NCBI GenBank assembly: GCA_047601445.1
Contig: JASGJH010000001.1
Span: 7,232,001-7,296,000 of the forward strand
From: Myxococcales bacterium
Lineage (GTDB): Bacteria > Myxococcota_A > Polyangia > Polyangiales > DASUME01
Direction of reading: 5' to 3'
Length of the DNA: 64,000 nt
Positions 53,401 through 61,910 of the stretch are shown in pieces. Within the stretch, counting starts at the first letter, position 1. Every line of letters starts with the position of its first letter. The position numbers and the translations under genes were made by a program. The notes below the pieces were generated by a model. That model saw nothing but the letters and a program-made list of their open reading frames with translations. It had not been told where the DNA came from and made no database searches.

Positions 53401-54171
53401 GAGGAAGCCGACGGGAAGAAGCGACTTCAGGATCGGATTGGTCGCTCCATCTTCGTGCGTGTGCTCGACTTCCTGACCACCCGCATCGATGCTCACCAGG
53501 ACGCCAAGGACATCGAGGACTGGACCAACAACCTGGCGCCCCGCGCGGTCACCTTCTTCGACACGCCGCTGGTCGCCGGGCTCCTGCACCTGTTCGACCA
53601 GTCCTGGGACGAACCGGCGGCGGGCCGCGAGCTGATGAAGTTCATCGCCTACCTGGTCGATGAGGACAAGAACCCAGTGGGCTTCGAGACCACGCTGGTC
53701 GCCGTAGCCGACCTCCTGCAGCTACTGGAGAACTCGCAGCAGATCGCGCCCATCTTGGATCTGGCCTCCGAAGCGGCCACGCCCGGGGTGCAGACCGCCG
53801 TCGACGAAAAGGGCGGCTCTGACTTCGACCCCAACAAGGGCCTGCTGCGGCGCCTGGTGGAGCTGCAGAACCACCTGCTCCAGTTGCACAAGCGCCGTCC
53901 GAGCACGCTTTCACGCGTCGCCGGCAACCTGGTGAGGACCGCAGGCAACGAAGATCAGACGCCGCTCGAGGCCCTGATCGACGTTATCACCGAGGTCGAG
54001 CGAAAGGACGCGAGCCTGCCCGTCACGGCGCTTCTCGAGGCCGAGGACTTCCGGCTCATCGCCACGAGCGTGCACGAGTTCATCTCCGACGACGGCCACG
54101 GAGTCGAGCGCCTCTACGCAGTGATTCAGAACCGCACCATCTCCCCCCCGAAAGCCCAGGACCAGCAGTGA
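50494..54171 (+). CDS. Large lipoprotein of unknown function (1225 aa)
   Basis: GGAGG RBS, AVAC lipobox, strong codon bias, DDDADG motif; no catalytic motif recognised. Confidence 0.85.
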   Translation: MASPVLLKRSIIAFLGLTAVACAKDPWAYPGRPTKSVGSEVFRVFCKRAVRASTPHDLEGTSFDAACLGEGDLPEPDAKVKADKNLEEERARLEALLKRREDIVGVIDRILGDDTVTQKKLVTILEPDELRTFLRELVPLYDKPQEELPGTTRTLASVLYRLVDDKDKTGNDILKALSQVNGRQGYRKLDLALGLLRPLLEYPDLDAFAENGLKAIAHGGVAEKSLDEMSLGLALEMANYDPTPPEPDSTLIIARDLLLSPIDQLDQPEREAVYVTKRDKRGVAIPFGATDKSLPAPFIDDDADGLADVDAHGRFLSDGELVTLPGPYRVAGESKDTARDDVGRALNSWDGNKQLYADFDAQPTLAAAMLRETKRMATPAKAGDRTSLEKIGRGMSTLFGLSSKRSLTYGKAKVEYTGPDPKLGAAYDLVHAVAAAVRTNPDVMRRTVELLKQGMIQHEPEMAQFVETLVNISERGDEHPEAVAVGEMGPGTPHRFWDDLIKIGVRMTDRPGMVEALIRWITTPEAQAATEIFADWMQYQDVTKYKNADFKPGDMRGVFTPAQWKDLNAPATTTYQTEVDRTQPSVGPNRSVWQQTMSMVHNLNQGICNKDHAVLHLIVSCDPSLQPASPALPSQPIACAVGSIQDYPWTGMGYNKCDLFEVPHMIRIWVQSILGEGVIELKPADFNTGVYQIFGVQVDVVQELETQVLGFNKSPTPTSFARFLYGPPNQFTQKMKPDVLRDGAKIEEIDPYALFAMEVKHKSAGDMSFLEAGKGLVEIFERHELTKPGKHPVTGADVPGALLKEGYLFADMLDVFHMHWGSRTDEPCTGVPACTQHADPKAPFFSYQTDLRSYEPLLMEVFRDDKLVKTLADATKALDSIQIDGKSGIVILSEFAELMLKPQKDLTYRDGTPSAKNNVGDDLGYVSPLYLFLDGLKRIDQNFAADENKGRQDVWKEARSEVVDLFLTVEEADGKKRLQDRIGRSIFVRVLDFLTTRIDAHQDAKDIEDWTNNLAPRAVTFFDTPLVAGLLHLFDQSWDEPAAGRELMKFIAYLVDEDKNPVGFETTLVAVADLLQLLENSQQIAPILDLASEAATPGVQTAVDEKGGSDFDPNKGLLRRLVELQNHLLQLHKRRPSTLSRVAGNLVRTAGNEDQTPLEALIDVITEVERKDASLPVTALLEAEDFRLIATSVHEFISDDGHGVERLYAVIQNRTISPPKAQDQQ

Positions 54172-55553
54172 TGCGTAATAACTTCTTCCTTGTTCTTGCG
54201 CTCGCGCTGAGCGCGGCGATCGGACTTGCGCCTCAGCGTGCCAGCGCTAGCGGCTGGTACCTCACCGAGCGCGGTGTGCGCTCGCTCGGACGCGGCGGTG
54301 CTTTCGTGGCCGGTGCCAAGGGCGCGGAGTCGCTCTGGATCAATCCGGCTGGCCTGAAGGGGGCTGGCAACAGCTTCACCATGGAGGGCAACCTCAACTT
54401 CCTGCGCGGCTCGTTCCAGCGCCTCGACGACGGCGGCAACCTGCGCGCCAAGGAAGAGCTCGACATCGCCTACTTGCCCATCCCGATGTTCGCGATCACC
54501 AAGGATTTCGGGCTCGAGGACTTCACGTTCGGCTTCGGCGTGTACCTGCCTCAGTTCGCCGTGACGACCTGGCCCAGCCAGGTGAATGGCGGACCGGCCC
54601 CCAACCGCTACTCGCTCTACTCCATCAAGGGCAGCATCTTCGGCAACTTCACGGCAGGCCTCGCCTACCACGGTATCGAGGGGCTCTCGCTCGGCCTCAC
54701 GGCGGCGCTCATCACCGGTCGCTTCAAGGCTTCCACCGCGCTCAGCGCCTGCGATGGCTTCCTGTGTCAGCAGCCCGAGGACCCGTCCTTCGACGTGACC
54801 TCCACCATCGTGCTGCGTCGCTTCGCCAGCGTGATGATCGGCGCCGGTCTCACCTACGAGATCGGTCCGATCACCATCGGCGGCTCGCTGCAGACGCCGT
54901 GGAACATGAAGGGCAAAGCCGACCTCGACGTGACGCTGCCGTCCGATCCCGCCTTCTCGCACGCCAAGGTCACGGGCGCGGAGGGTAAGGTCAACGTGCC
55001 GTTCCCGTGGATCGGTCGCGTGGGTATCGAAGTCAAGCCCACCGAGACCTTCCGCTTCGAGCTCGCGGCGGTGTACGAAGGCTGGTCGCGCCAGGACAAT
55101 ATCAACGTCCAGGCCAACAACATGTGGATCCGCGACGTGGTCGGCATCGGTGACTATCAGGTGGGATCGATCAAGATCCAGCGCTTGATGAGCAACGCCT
55201 ACAGCTTCCGCGGCGGCTTCGAGTTCACCACGGAGGACCAGGGCATGACCTTCCGCATGGGCGCCTCGTACGACACCACGGCCATCAAGGACCGCGCGAT
55301 GTCGCCGATGACGATCGATGCCAACAAGGTCGTCGCCGGCATCGGCCTCACGCTGCACGCGGGCTCGGTGATGGATTTCGACATCGTCTATGGCCACGTG
55401 TTCATGCCCGACCGTCAGGTCCGCAACAGCGTGATCACGCAGCCGACGGCGATTCGACCCCCGCAATCCACGGCGGACCAGTCGCACATCGGCAACGGCA
55501 ACTACACGATGGAATCCGACTTCGCAGGCATCGGGTCGACGTTCAAGTTCTGA
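54171..55553 (+). CDS. FadL/OmpP1/TodX-family outer membrane channel
   Basis: Signal peptide; SGWYLTERGVRSLGRGGAFVA...WINPAG hatch motif; C-terminal Phe; start overlaps the upstream stop (TGATG). Confidence 0.9.
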   Translation: MRNNFFLVLALALSAAIGLAPQRASASGWYLTERGVRSLGRGGAFVAGAKGAESLWINPAGLKGAGNSFTMEGNLNFLRGSFQRLDDGGNLRAKEELDIAYLPIPMFAITKDFGLEDFTFGFGVYLPQFAVTTWPSQVNGGPAPNRYSLYSIKGSIFGNFTAGLAYHGIEGLSLGLTAALITGRFKASTALSACDGFLCQQPEDPSFDVTSTIVLRRFASVMIGAGLTYEIGPITIGGSLQTPWNMKGKADLDVTLPSDPAFSHAKVTGAEGKVNVPFPWIGRVGIEVKPTETFRFELAAVYEGWSRQDNINVQANNMWIRDVVGIGDYQVGSIKIQRLMSNAYSFRGGFEFTTEDQGMTFRMGASYDTTAIKDRAMSPMTIDANKVVAGIGLTLHAGSVMDFDIVYGHVFMPDRQVRNSVITQPTAIRPPQSTADQSHIGNGNYTMESDFAGIGSTFKF

Positions 55554-55615
55554 ACCGGAGCCCGACACCGCCACGGCCTCTGCCACCGCCACTGTCCGTT
55601 CTCGTTCCCGTGCTC

Positions 55616-56176
55616 TCAGGCCCGAACGCGCAGCTCAGGCGGTAGCAGTGCCTCGAACTTGGTGAGGAACTCTCGCAGATCCCCCTTGGGTATGGCTCCG
55701 CGTGCGGAGGTCTCGCGCGCCATCCGTTCGAGTTCGGAGCGCGGGCGTGATGAGTGGAAGATCACGCACAGGGGGTGCTTGCGTCGCGCCAGCAGCGCGG
55801 AGATGGCGTCTCCCGACAGACCGGGCATTTCCACGTCCATCACCACGATGTCCGGGTTCTCGCGGCTAATCGCCACCATCGTGCCCAGGGCTTCCGCGCG
55901 CGCCACCACCTCGTAGCCGGCGGCCTCGAGGAACGCGGCGACGCCATTGAGCACCGTGGGATCGTCGTCCACCACCATCACCTTGCGCCGGCGGAGTTTG
56001 CGCTGGGCGCCGCTGGGCCGCGCGTCCTGGGCGATCGGCTCGGGTGGCGAGGTCACGGCCGGGAAGCCGCCGGTGATGCGGGGCGGGGGCGCGGCGTCCG
56101 CCGACGTGATGGCCGCGAAGCTGCCGGTGGTGCGGGGCGTACCCGGCACGCCGACTTTGAAATCCTCACGACTCAC
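55616..56176 (-). CDS. Stand-alone response regulator receiver with disordered N-terminal extension
   Basis: VVDDD, MDVEMPG, HSS, IPKG; GGAGG upstream of GTG 56176. Confidence 0.85.
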   Translation of the reverse strand: MSREDFKVGVPGTPRTTGSFAAITSADAAPPPRITGGFPAVTSPPEPIAQDARPSGAQRKLRRRKVMVVDDDPTVLNGVAAFLEAAGYEVVARAEALGTMVAISRENPDIVVMDVEMPGLSGDAISALLARRKHPLCVIFHSSRPRSELERMARETSARGAIPKGDLREFLTKFEALLPPELRVRA

Positions 56177-56342
56177 GCATTCGCCTCCGGGAAGCCAGCT
56201 CTGACGGGCGCTCGCGGGAGAATTCTGCCTGCCTCGCCATCGGAGTGTCACTTCGAAAAATCCTAGGCACTTCGGGCAATTAGGGTGGCACTCAGGGCTG
56301 GGACGGTTGACCTCCGAAACGAGTTCAGCCAACCTGGAAGCA

Positions 56343-56768
56343 GTGTTTCAAGCGCCCTCCGCCGCCCGCTCTGCTGCGCCCCTCGTTGGGGTCGTCGGCT
56401 CGTCGAGGGCGCGGCTTTCGCTGTGGGTGGTGCTGCTGCGGGTCTTCGCGCTGTTCGTGACAGCGGAAGTGTCCGGACTGGCGCACCTGGGCACGGACTT
56501 GGTGGAGGCCATGGCTGGGGCTGACCACGTCCATGAACACGAGCACGAGGACTGCGAGGACGAGGAGTCCGGCCACGAGTGCCCGCCGGGTTGCCCTAAC
56601 TGTCACCACGCGCATTCGGCGGTGGTGTTGGGCGTGCTCGCACCCGAGACCCACCTCGAGCCGCTGCTCGGGCCCGAGCGCCCCACCGGCTTCGTGCCCT
56701 ACTCCGAGATGGTTCGTGCGGGGGCGGACCCCGCCTCCCTCTATCGCCCGCCTCGCCTGCCCGCCTGA
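56343..56768 (+). CDS. His/Cys-rich leader protein ending in RPP (DUF2946/CzcI-like)
   Basis: Hydrophobic segment, HVHEHEHEDC, CPPGCPNCHHAH, terminal SLYRPPRLPA. Start uncertain. Confidence 0.7.
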   Translation: MFQAPSAARSAAPLVGVVGSSRARLSLWVVLLRVFALFVTAEVSGLAHLGTDLVEAMAGADHVHEHEHEDCEDEESGHECPPGCPNCHHAHSAVVLGVLAPETHLEPLLGPERPTGFVPYSEMVRAGADPASLYRPPRLPA

Positions 56769-56954
56769 CCTGGGATCGGGAACTGGCAGACGGAGGGCTC
56801 CGTCCGCGCCAAGGACTCGCGTCATGAAATGGGCGCGAGCGGGCGCAGGCGGACGCGACCGACGAGCGCGCGCGGCGTGAACGCGTGCCCGCCGTCTGCG
56901 CTCCGGCCGCTCCGTATGAAGGAGCGCGTCGGGTTGGCGGAAGGACGAAGAGAC

Positions 56955-58172
56955 GTGTCGAAAGATCGAGGCGCACCGCGGCGTGCGCGTGTCTGGGTTT
57001 CGTGCAGCCTCATGGGCCTGCTGGTGCTGGGGTGCGGCCGCGGGGGGACCAAGGAGCCCGAATCCAGCTCGGAACCCGAGGGGACAGCGGCTCACCACAA
57101 GGACGAGCCGGCGCACGAGCCTTTACCAACCCTGATCAAGCTGGCACCGGAGGTGGTGGAAGCCGCCAAGATTCGCACGGCCAAGGTTGCCCGCGAGGCG
57201 CTCGTGGCGACGCTCTCGCTGCCCGGAGAAACCGTGGCGGACCCTGACCGCACCGCGCGTGTCGCGTCGCCGGTCGCGGGTCGACTGGAGCAGGTGCTGT
57301 TCAAGGAAGGCAGCTCGGTCAAGAAGGGCGATGTGCTGGCGGTGATCCGCGTACCGGATCTCGGCAAGCTGCGATCCCTGGCGGCCGCCACGGAGGCCAA
57401 GGCGAGGGCAGCGCGGGCCAACGCCACGCGCCTGCAGGGATTGGCCGAGAAGCGACTTGCTTCGGAGCAGATGTACCTCGATGCGGTGGCGGCGTCCGAG
57501 GCGCTCGATGTCGAGGCCCTGGCCGCGCGCCAGCAGCTCGACGCGCTGGGCCTGGCGGCGGCTCAGTCGGGGGCGCCCTCGCAGCTCACGCTGCGCGCGC
57601 CGCTGTCGGGGACCGTGGTCAGTCGCAACGCCGTGGTGGGCCAACCGATCACGGCAGAGGAGGTGTTGGCGGACATCGTCGACCTGAGCGAGGTCTGGTT
57701 CCTCGGGCGCGTGTTCGAGAAAGACCTGGGCAGGCTTCAACTCGACGCCGCCGCCGAGGTCCAGCTCAACGCCTATCCCGGCGAGCACTTCACTGGCAAA
57801 GTCGAGTACATCGGTCGTCAGGTCGATCCCGTGGCCCGCACGGTGACGGCCCGCATCCGCCTGGTCAATCGCGCCGATCTGCTGCGCGTGGGGCTGTTTG
57901 GGACGGCGCACGTGGCCCTGGGGCACGCCGAAGAGCTGGAGCGCACGCTGGTGGTGCCACGCTCGGCGCTCACGGAGGTGGCAGGGAAGCAAGTGGTCTT
58001 CGTGCGTCACGCGGACCAGGACTTCGAGCTGCACGAGCTCTCGCTGGGGCAGGACGCGGCGGGCAAGGTGCAGGTGCTGGCGGGGCTACGCGACGGCGAG
58101 GAGGTCGTCGTGGAGGGGGTGTTCTCGCTCAAGAGCGCCGTACTAAAGCACACCTTCGCCGAGGAGGAGTAG
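56955..58172 (+). CDS. czcB: CzcB-like RND periplasmic adaptor, lipoprotein
   Basis: VLGC lipobox, HHKDEPAH, LRAPLSG, VDPVART; directly upstream of the RND pump. Confidence 0.85.
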   Translation: MSKDRGAPRRARVWVSCSLMGLLVLGCGRGGTKEPESSSEPEGTAAHHKDEPAHEPLPTLIKLAPEVVEAAKIRTAKVAREALVATLSLPGETVADPDRTARVASPVAGRLEQVLFKEGSSVKKGDVLAVIRVPDLGKLRSLAAATEAKARAARANATRLQGLAEKRLASEQMYLDAVAASEALDVEALAARQQLDALGLAAAQSGAPSQLTLRAPLSGTVVSRNAVVGQPITAEEVLADIVDLSEVWFLGRVFEKDLGRLQLDAAAEVQLNAYPGEHFTGKVEYIGRQVDPVARTVTARIRLVNRADLLRVGLFGTAHVALGHAEELERTLVVPRSALTEVAGKQVVFVRHADQDFELHELSLGQDAAGKVQVLAGLRDGEEVVVEGVFSLKSAVLKHTFAEEE

Positions 58173-58173
58173 G

Positions 58174-61100
58174 GTGGCACTCTTCTCTGCGATCCTCGGC
58201 TGGTCGCTGCGCCACCGCGCCGTCGTGCTGGTGCTGACCGCACTGTTCGCGTTGGTGGGAGTGAACTCCGCGCTGCAGCTGCCGGTCGACGCCGTGCCCG
58301 ACGTCACCAACGTCCAGGTTCAGGTGATCACCTCGGCCCCGGCGCTCTCGCCCGTGGAGATCGAGAAGTACGTCACGGTACCGGTCGAGCGCGCCATGGC
58401 GGGCATCCCGAAGACCACGCAAATCCGCTCCATCTCGAAGTACGGCATCTCGGTGGTCACGGTGGTGTTCCACGACGGCACCGACATTTTCTTCGCGCGG
58501 CAGCAGGTCAACGAACGCATGCGCGAAGTGAACGAAACCGTCGCGGGCCGTCACGGGCAGCCTGAGCTCGGTCCCATCAGCACGGGGCTCGGTGAGATTT
58601 TCCAGTTCACCGTGAGCAACGACCGCCTCAGCCTGATGCAGCTCGAGGAGGTGCTCAATTGGCAGATCCGGCCGCAGCTGCGGACCGTGCCGGGGGTGGT
58701 GGAGGTTAACGGCTTCGGCGGGGAGAATCGTCAGTACCAGGTCGTGCTGGATCCGAAGCGGCTGCAAGCCGCGGGCGGCTCGGTGGCCCAGGTGATCGCA
58801 GCGCTCGAGAAGTCGAACGGCAACGCTGGCGGTGGCTACATCGAGCACAACCGCGAGCACTTCGTGATCGGCACCGATGGCTTGGTGAAGAACCTCGACG
58901 ATCTCAAGCGCGTGGTGATCGGCGCCACGCCGCAGGGCATTCCCATCACGATCGCCACCGTGGGCGACGTGCGCTTCGCTCCGCGCCTCCGCAAGGGAGC
59001 GGCGTCGAAGGACGCGCATGGCGAGGTCGTGGTCGGGGTGGCGTTGATGCTGACGGGGGAGAACGCCCGCACGGTCACGGCGGCGCTCAAGGAGCGCCTG
59101 CGGGCCATTCAGCCCTCGTTGCCGGCGGGCACCACGATCGAGCCATTCTACGATCGCTCGGAGCTCGTGGAGCGCACCATCTCCACCGTGGCCAAGAACC
59201 TGGCCGAGGGCGCGCTCCTGGTAGTGCTGGTCTTGTTCGTGCTGCTGGGGGACCTGCGCGCCGGCTTCGTGGTGGCCACGACCATCCCGCTGTCTCTGTT
59301 GTTCGCGGTGATGCTCCTGAACACCTTCGAGATCTCCGGCAACCTGATGAGCCTCGGGGCCATCGACTTCGGTCTGTTGGTGGACGGAGCCGTGATCATC
59401 GTGGAGAACAGCGTGCGCAGGCTCACCGACCGACGCGCTGCGCTGGGGCGGGAGCTCACCACGGAGGAGCGGCTCTCCACGGTGGAGCACGCGAGCTTCG
59501 AGGTGCGTTCGGCGAGCGTGTTCGGCGAGGCGATCATCGCCATCGTTTACCTGCCGGTGCTCACCCTGAGCGGCGTGGAGGGCAAGCTGTTTCGGCCCAT
59601 GGCGATCAGCGTGTTGTTCGCGTTGTTGGGGGCGTTCATCTTCTCGCTGACGCTGGTACCCGTGCTCACGAGCTACTTCGTGCGCGCGGAGGAGCGAGCG
59701 CACGACACCTGGCTCGTGCGCCAGGCTCATCGCCTGTACTTGCCGGCCTTGCGCGCGGCCATGAACAAGCGTGGCATGACCATCAGTGCCAGCCTGTGCG
59801 TGCTGGCGGGAGCGGTCGCGTTGTTCACCACCATCGGGGCGGAGTTCGTGCCCGAGCTCGACGAGGGCGACGTGCTGGTGGAGGCGCGTCGCTTGCCCGG
59901 CGTGGCGCTCTCGGAGTCGGTGGCCGAAGACAAGCGGCTGCAGCAGGCCATCTTGAGCATTCCGGAGGTGGCCGGCGTGGTGAACAAGACCGGCGCCCCC
60001 GAGCTCGCCACCGACCCGATGGGACTCGAGCAGACCGACGTGTTCATCCAGCTCAAGCCCCAGGAACAGTGGCGGGATGGTCTCACCAAGGCGGAGCTCT
60101 CGGAGCAGATCGCAGACGCCGTGGCCGAGCGCGTCCCCGAGGTGGCGGGGGCCATGTCGCAGCCGATTCAAATGCGCACCAATGAGCTCGTCGCCGGTGT
60201 CCGCTCGGACGTGGCCGTACTGTTCTACGGCCCTGAGCTCGAGCAGCTCGTCAGCCTCGGTGATCAAGCCGCCGCGGCCTTGCGCGGCATCGACGGCGTG
60301 CAGGACCTGCGCGTCGAGCAGGTAGCCGGCCTGCGCTACCTGCGTGTGATCCCCGACCGTGCGCGCCTCGCACGCTACGGCTTGACCATCGAAGACATCA
60401 ACCAGCTCACCGAGACGCTGGCGGTGGGCCACATGGCCGGGCAGGTGCTGGAGGGCGAGCGGCGCTTCGGCATCGCGGTGCTCATCGATCACGGCTTCAA
60501 GGGCGATCTCGCGCCCCTGTTGGCTCTGCCGCTGCGCTCGGTGAGCGGCCAGATCGTGCCGCTGGGCGATGTGGCCGAGCTCCAGTTCGTGACCGGCCCT
60601 GCGCAGGTGAGCCGAGAGGATCAATCCCGCCGCATCACCGTCGAGTTCAACGTACGCGGACGCGATCTGCTCTCGGTGGTGCACGACGCCCAGGCCGCCA
60701 TCGAGCGGGCCATCAAGCTCCCGGTGGGCTACCGCGCGCAGTGGGGTGGCCAGTTCGAGCACTATGAAGAGGCCAAGCAGCGCCTGCTCTTCGTGGTGCC
60801 GATGTCGCTCGCGCTGATCTTGTTCTTGCTGTGGGTGGCGTTGGGCTCGGTGCCGCCGGCGCTCCTGATCTTTCTCAACGTGCCCTTCGCCTTCATCGGC
60901 GGTGTGGTCGCTCTGTGGTTGCGCGACATCCCGTTCTCCATCTCGGCGGGGGTTGGATTCGTGGCCCTGTTCGGCGTGGCCGTGCTGAATGGCCTGGTGC
61001 TGGTCTCGTTTGCCCAGCACTTGGAGAAGGAAGGCGCGCCGCACTCCGAGGCCATCCAGCACGCGGCCGAGCTGCGTCTGCGCCCGGTCCTGATGACTGC

Positions 61101-61287
61101 CCTGGTGGCATCGCTCGGCTTCGTCCCGATGGCGCTATCCCACGCGCCCGGGAGTGAAGTGCAACGGCCCCTGGCCACGGTGGTGATCGGCGGGCTGATC
61201 ACGGCCACCCTGCTCACCATGCTGGTGCTGCCGGTGGTGTACGCTGGGCGCCGCAAAGGGGTGGCTGCATCGGGAAATCCCGTCTGA
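58174..61287 (+). CDS. czcA: CzcA-type heavy-metal RND efflux pump
   Basis: DAVPDVTNVQV, TM4 DFGLLVDGAVIIVEN (divalent-cation HME type), RLRPVLMTA, GSEVQRPLA. Confidence 0.95.
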   Translation: MALFSAILGWSLRHRAVVLVLTALFALVGVNSALQLPVDAVPDVTNVQVQVITSAPALSPVEIEKYVTVPVERAMAGIPKTTQIRSISKYGISVVTVVFHDGTDIFFARQQVNERMREVNETVAGRHGQPELGPISTGLGEIFQFTVSNDRLSLMQLEEVLNWQIRPQLRTVPGVVEVNGFGGENRQYQVVLDPKRLQAAGGSVAQVIAALEKSNGNAGGGYIEHNREHFVIGTDGLVKNLDDLKRVVIGATPQGIPITIATVGDVRFAPRLRKGAASKDAHGEVVVGVALMLTGENARTVTAALKERLRAIQPSLPAGTTIEPFYDRSELVERTISTVAKNLAEGALLVVLVLFVLLGDLRAGFVVATTIPLSLLFAVMLLNTFEISGNLMSLGAIDFGLLVDGAVIIVENSVRRLTDRRAALGRELTTEERLSTVEHASFEVRSASVFGEAIIAIVYLPVLTLSGVEGKLFRPMAISVLFALLGAFIFSLTLVPVLTSYFVRAEERAHDTWLVRQAHRLYLPALRAAMNKRGMTISASLCVLAGAVALFTTIGAEFVPELDEGDVLVEARRLPGVALSESVAEDKRLQQAILSIPEVAGVVNKTGAPELATDPMGLEQTDVFIQLKPQEQWRDGLTKAELSEQIADAVAERVPEVAGAMSQPIQMRTNELVAGVRSDVAVLFYGPELEQLVSLGDQAAAALRGIDGVQDLRVEQVAGLRYLRVIPDRARLARYGLTIEDINQLTETLAVGHMAGQVLEGERRFGIAVLIDHGFKGDLAPLLALPLRSVSGQIVPLGDVAELQFVTGPAQVSREDQSRRITVEFNVRGRDLLSVVHDAQAAIERAIKLPVGYRAQWGGQFEHYEEAKQRLLFVVPMSLALILFLLWVALGSVPPALLIFLNVPFAFIGGVVALWLRDIPFSISAGVGFVALFGVAVLNGLVLVSFAQHLEKEGAPHSEAIQHAAELRLRPVLMTALVASLGFVPMALSHAPGSEVQRPLATVVIGGLITATLLTMLVLPVVYAGRRKGVAASGNPV

Positions 61288-61317
61288 TCGCGCGCCGAGA
61301 CTGCTAGGATGCGCGCC

Positions 61318-61887
61318 ATGGGCGAAGGCCTTACCCGCTTTGGACTGGCGATCGAACCCGAGCTGCTCGAGCAGCTCGATGCGCTGGCCGAGGCGCGCGG
61401 CTGCACGCGCTCGGAGCTGCTGCGCGATCTCGCCCGCGCCGAGGTGGCCCGCGCCAGCTCCCAGAAGCGCGTGCCCGCCGTGGCCGCGGTGACCCTGGTC
61501 TACAACCACCACGTACGGGAGCTCTCCGAACGCCTGACGTCCATTCAGCACGACCTGGGCGACAAGGTGCGGTCGGCCATGCACGTGCACCTCGATCATG
61601 ACAACTGCATGGAGGTCATCGTGCTACGCGGGCCCTCGGACGAGCTGAAGCACGCCGCTGACCGCATGCTTGGCACCCGTGGCGTGACCCACGGTGGCAT
61701 CGAGATGGTCGACGAGTCGGCGCTAGCCTCCTCACGCAGCCATCGCCACGCCCATGGCGAGCACGCACACGCGCACACTCACGGGCACGCCCACGCGGCA
61801 AGCCCGCGCAGGGGCCAGGCACACGCAGCCACGCCCAAGGGCCGCGCGACCGGGTCCAAGAAACGTTCGCCCAAGCGGCGCGCTTGA
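61318..61887 (+). CDS. nikR: Nickel-responsive regulator NikR with His-rich C-terminal tail
   Basis: RHH N-terminus (RSELLRD), YNHH and HVHLDHDNC Ni ligands; alternative start 61309. Confidence 0.9.
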   Translation: MGEGLTRFGLAIEPELLEQLDALAEARGCTRSELLRDLARAEVARASSQKRVPAVAAVTLVYNHHVRELSERLTSIQHDLGDKVRSAMHVHLDHDNCMEVIVLRGPSDELKHAADRMLGTRGVTHGGIEMVDESALASSRSHRHAHGEHAHAHTHGHAHAASPRRGQAHAATPKGRATGSKKRSPKRRA

Positions 61888-61910
61888 GCTCCTCGTGGCG
61901 CAGCCCGAAC

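Noticed and set aside
56914..56941. GTATGA as a NikR operator upstream of czcB
   Set aside because: Only a half site; the TCATAC partner of the E. coli consensus is absent at N16.
58129..61062. 977-aa minus-strand ORF
   Set aside because: Antisense shadow of czcA.
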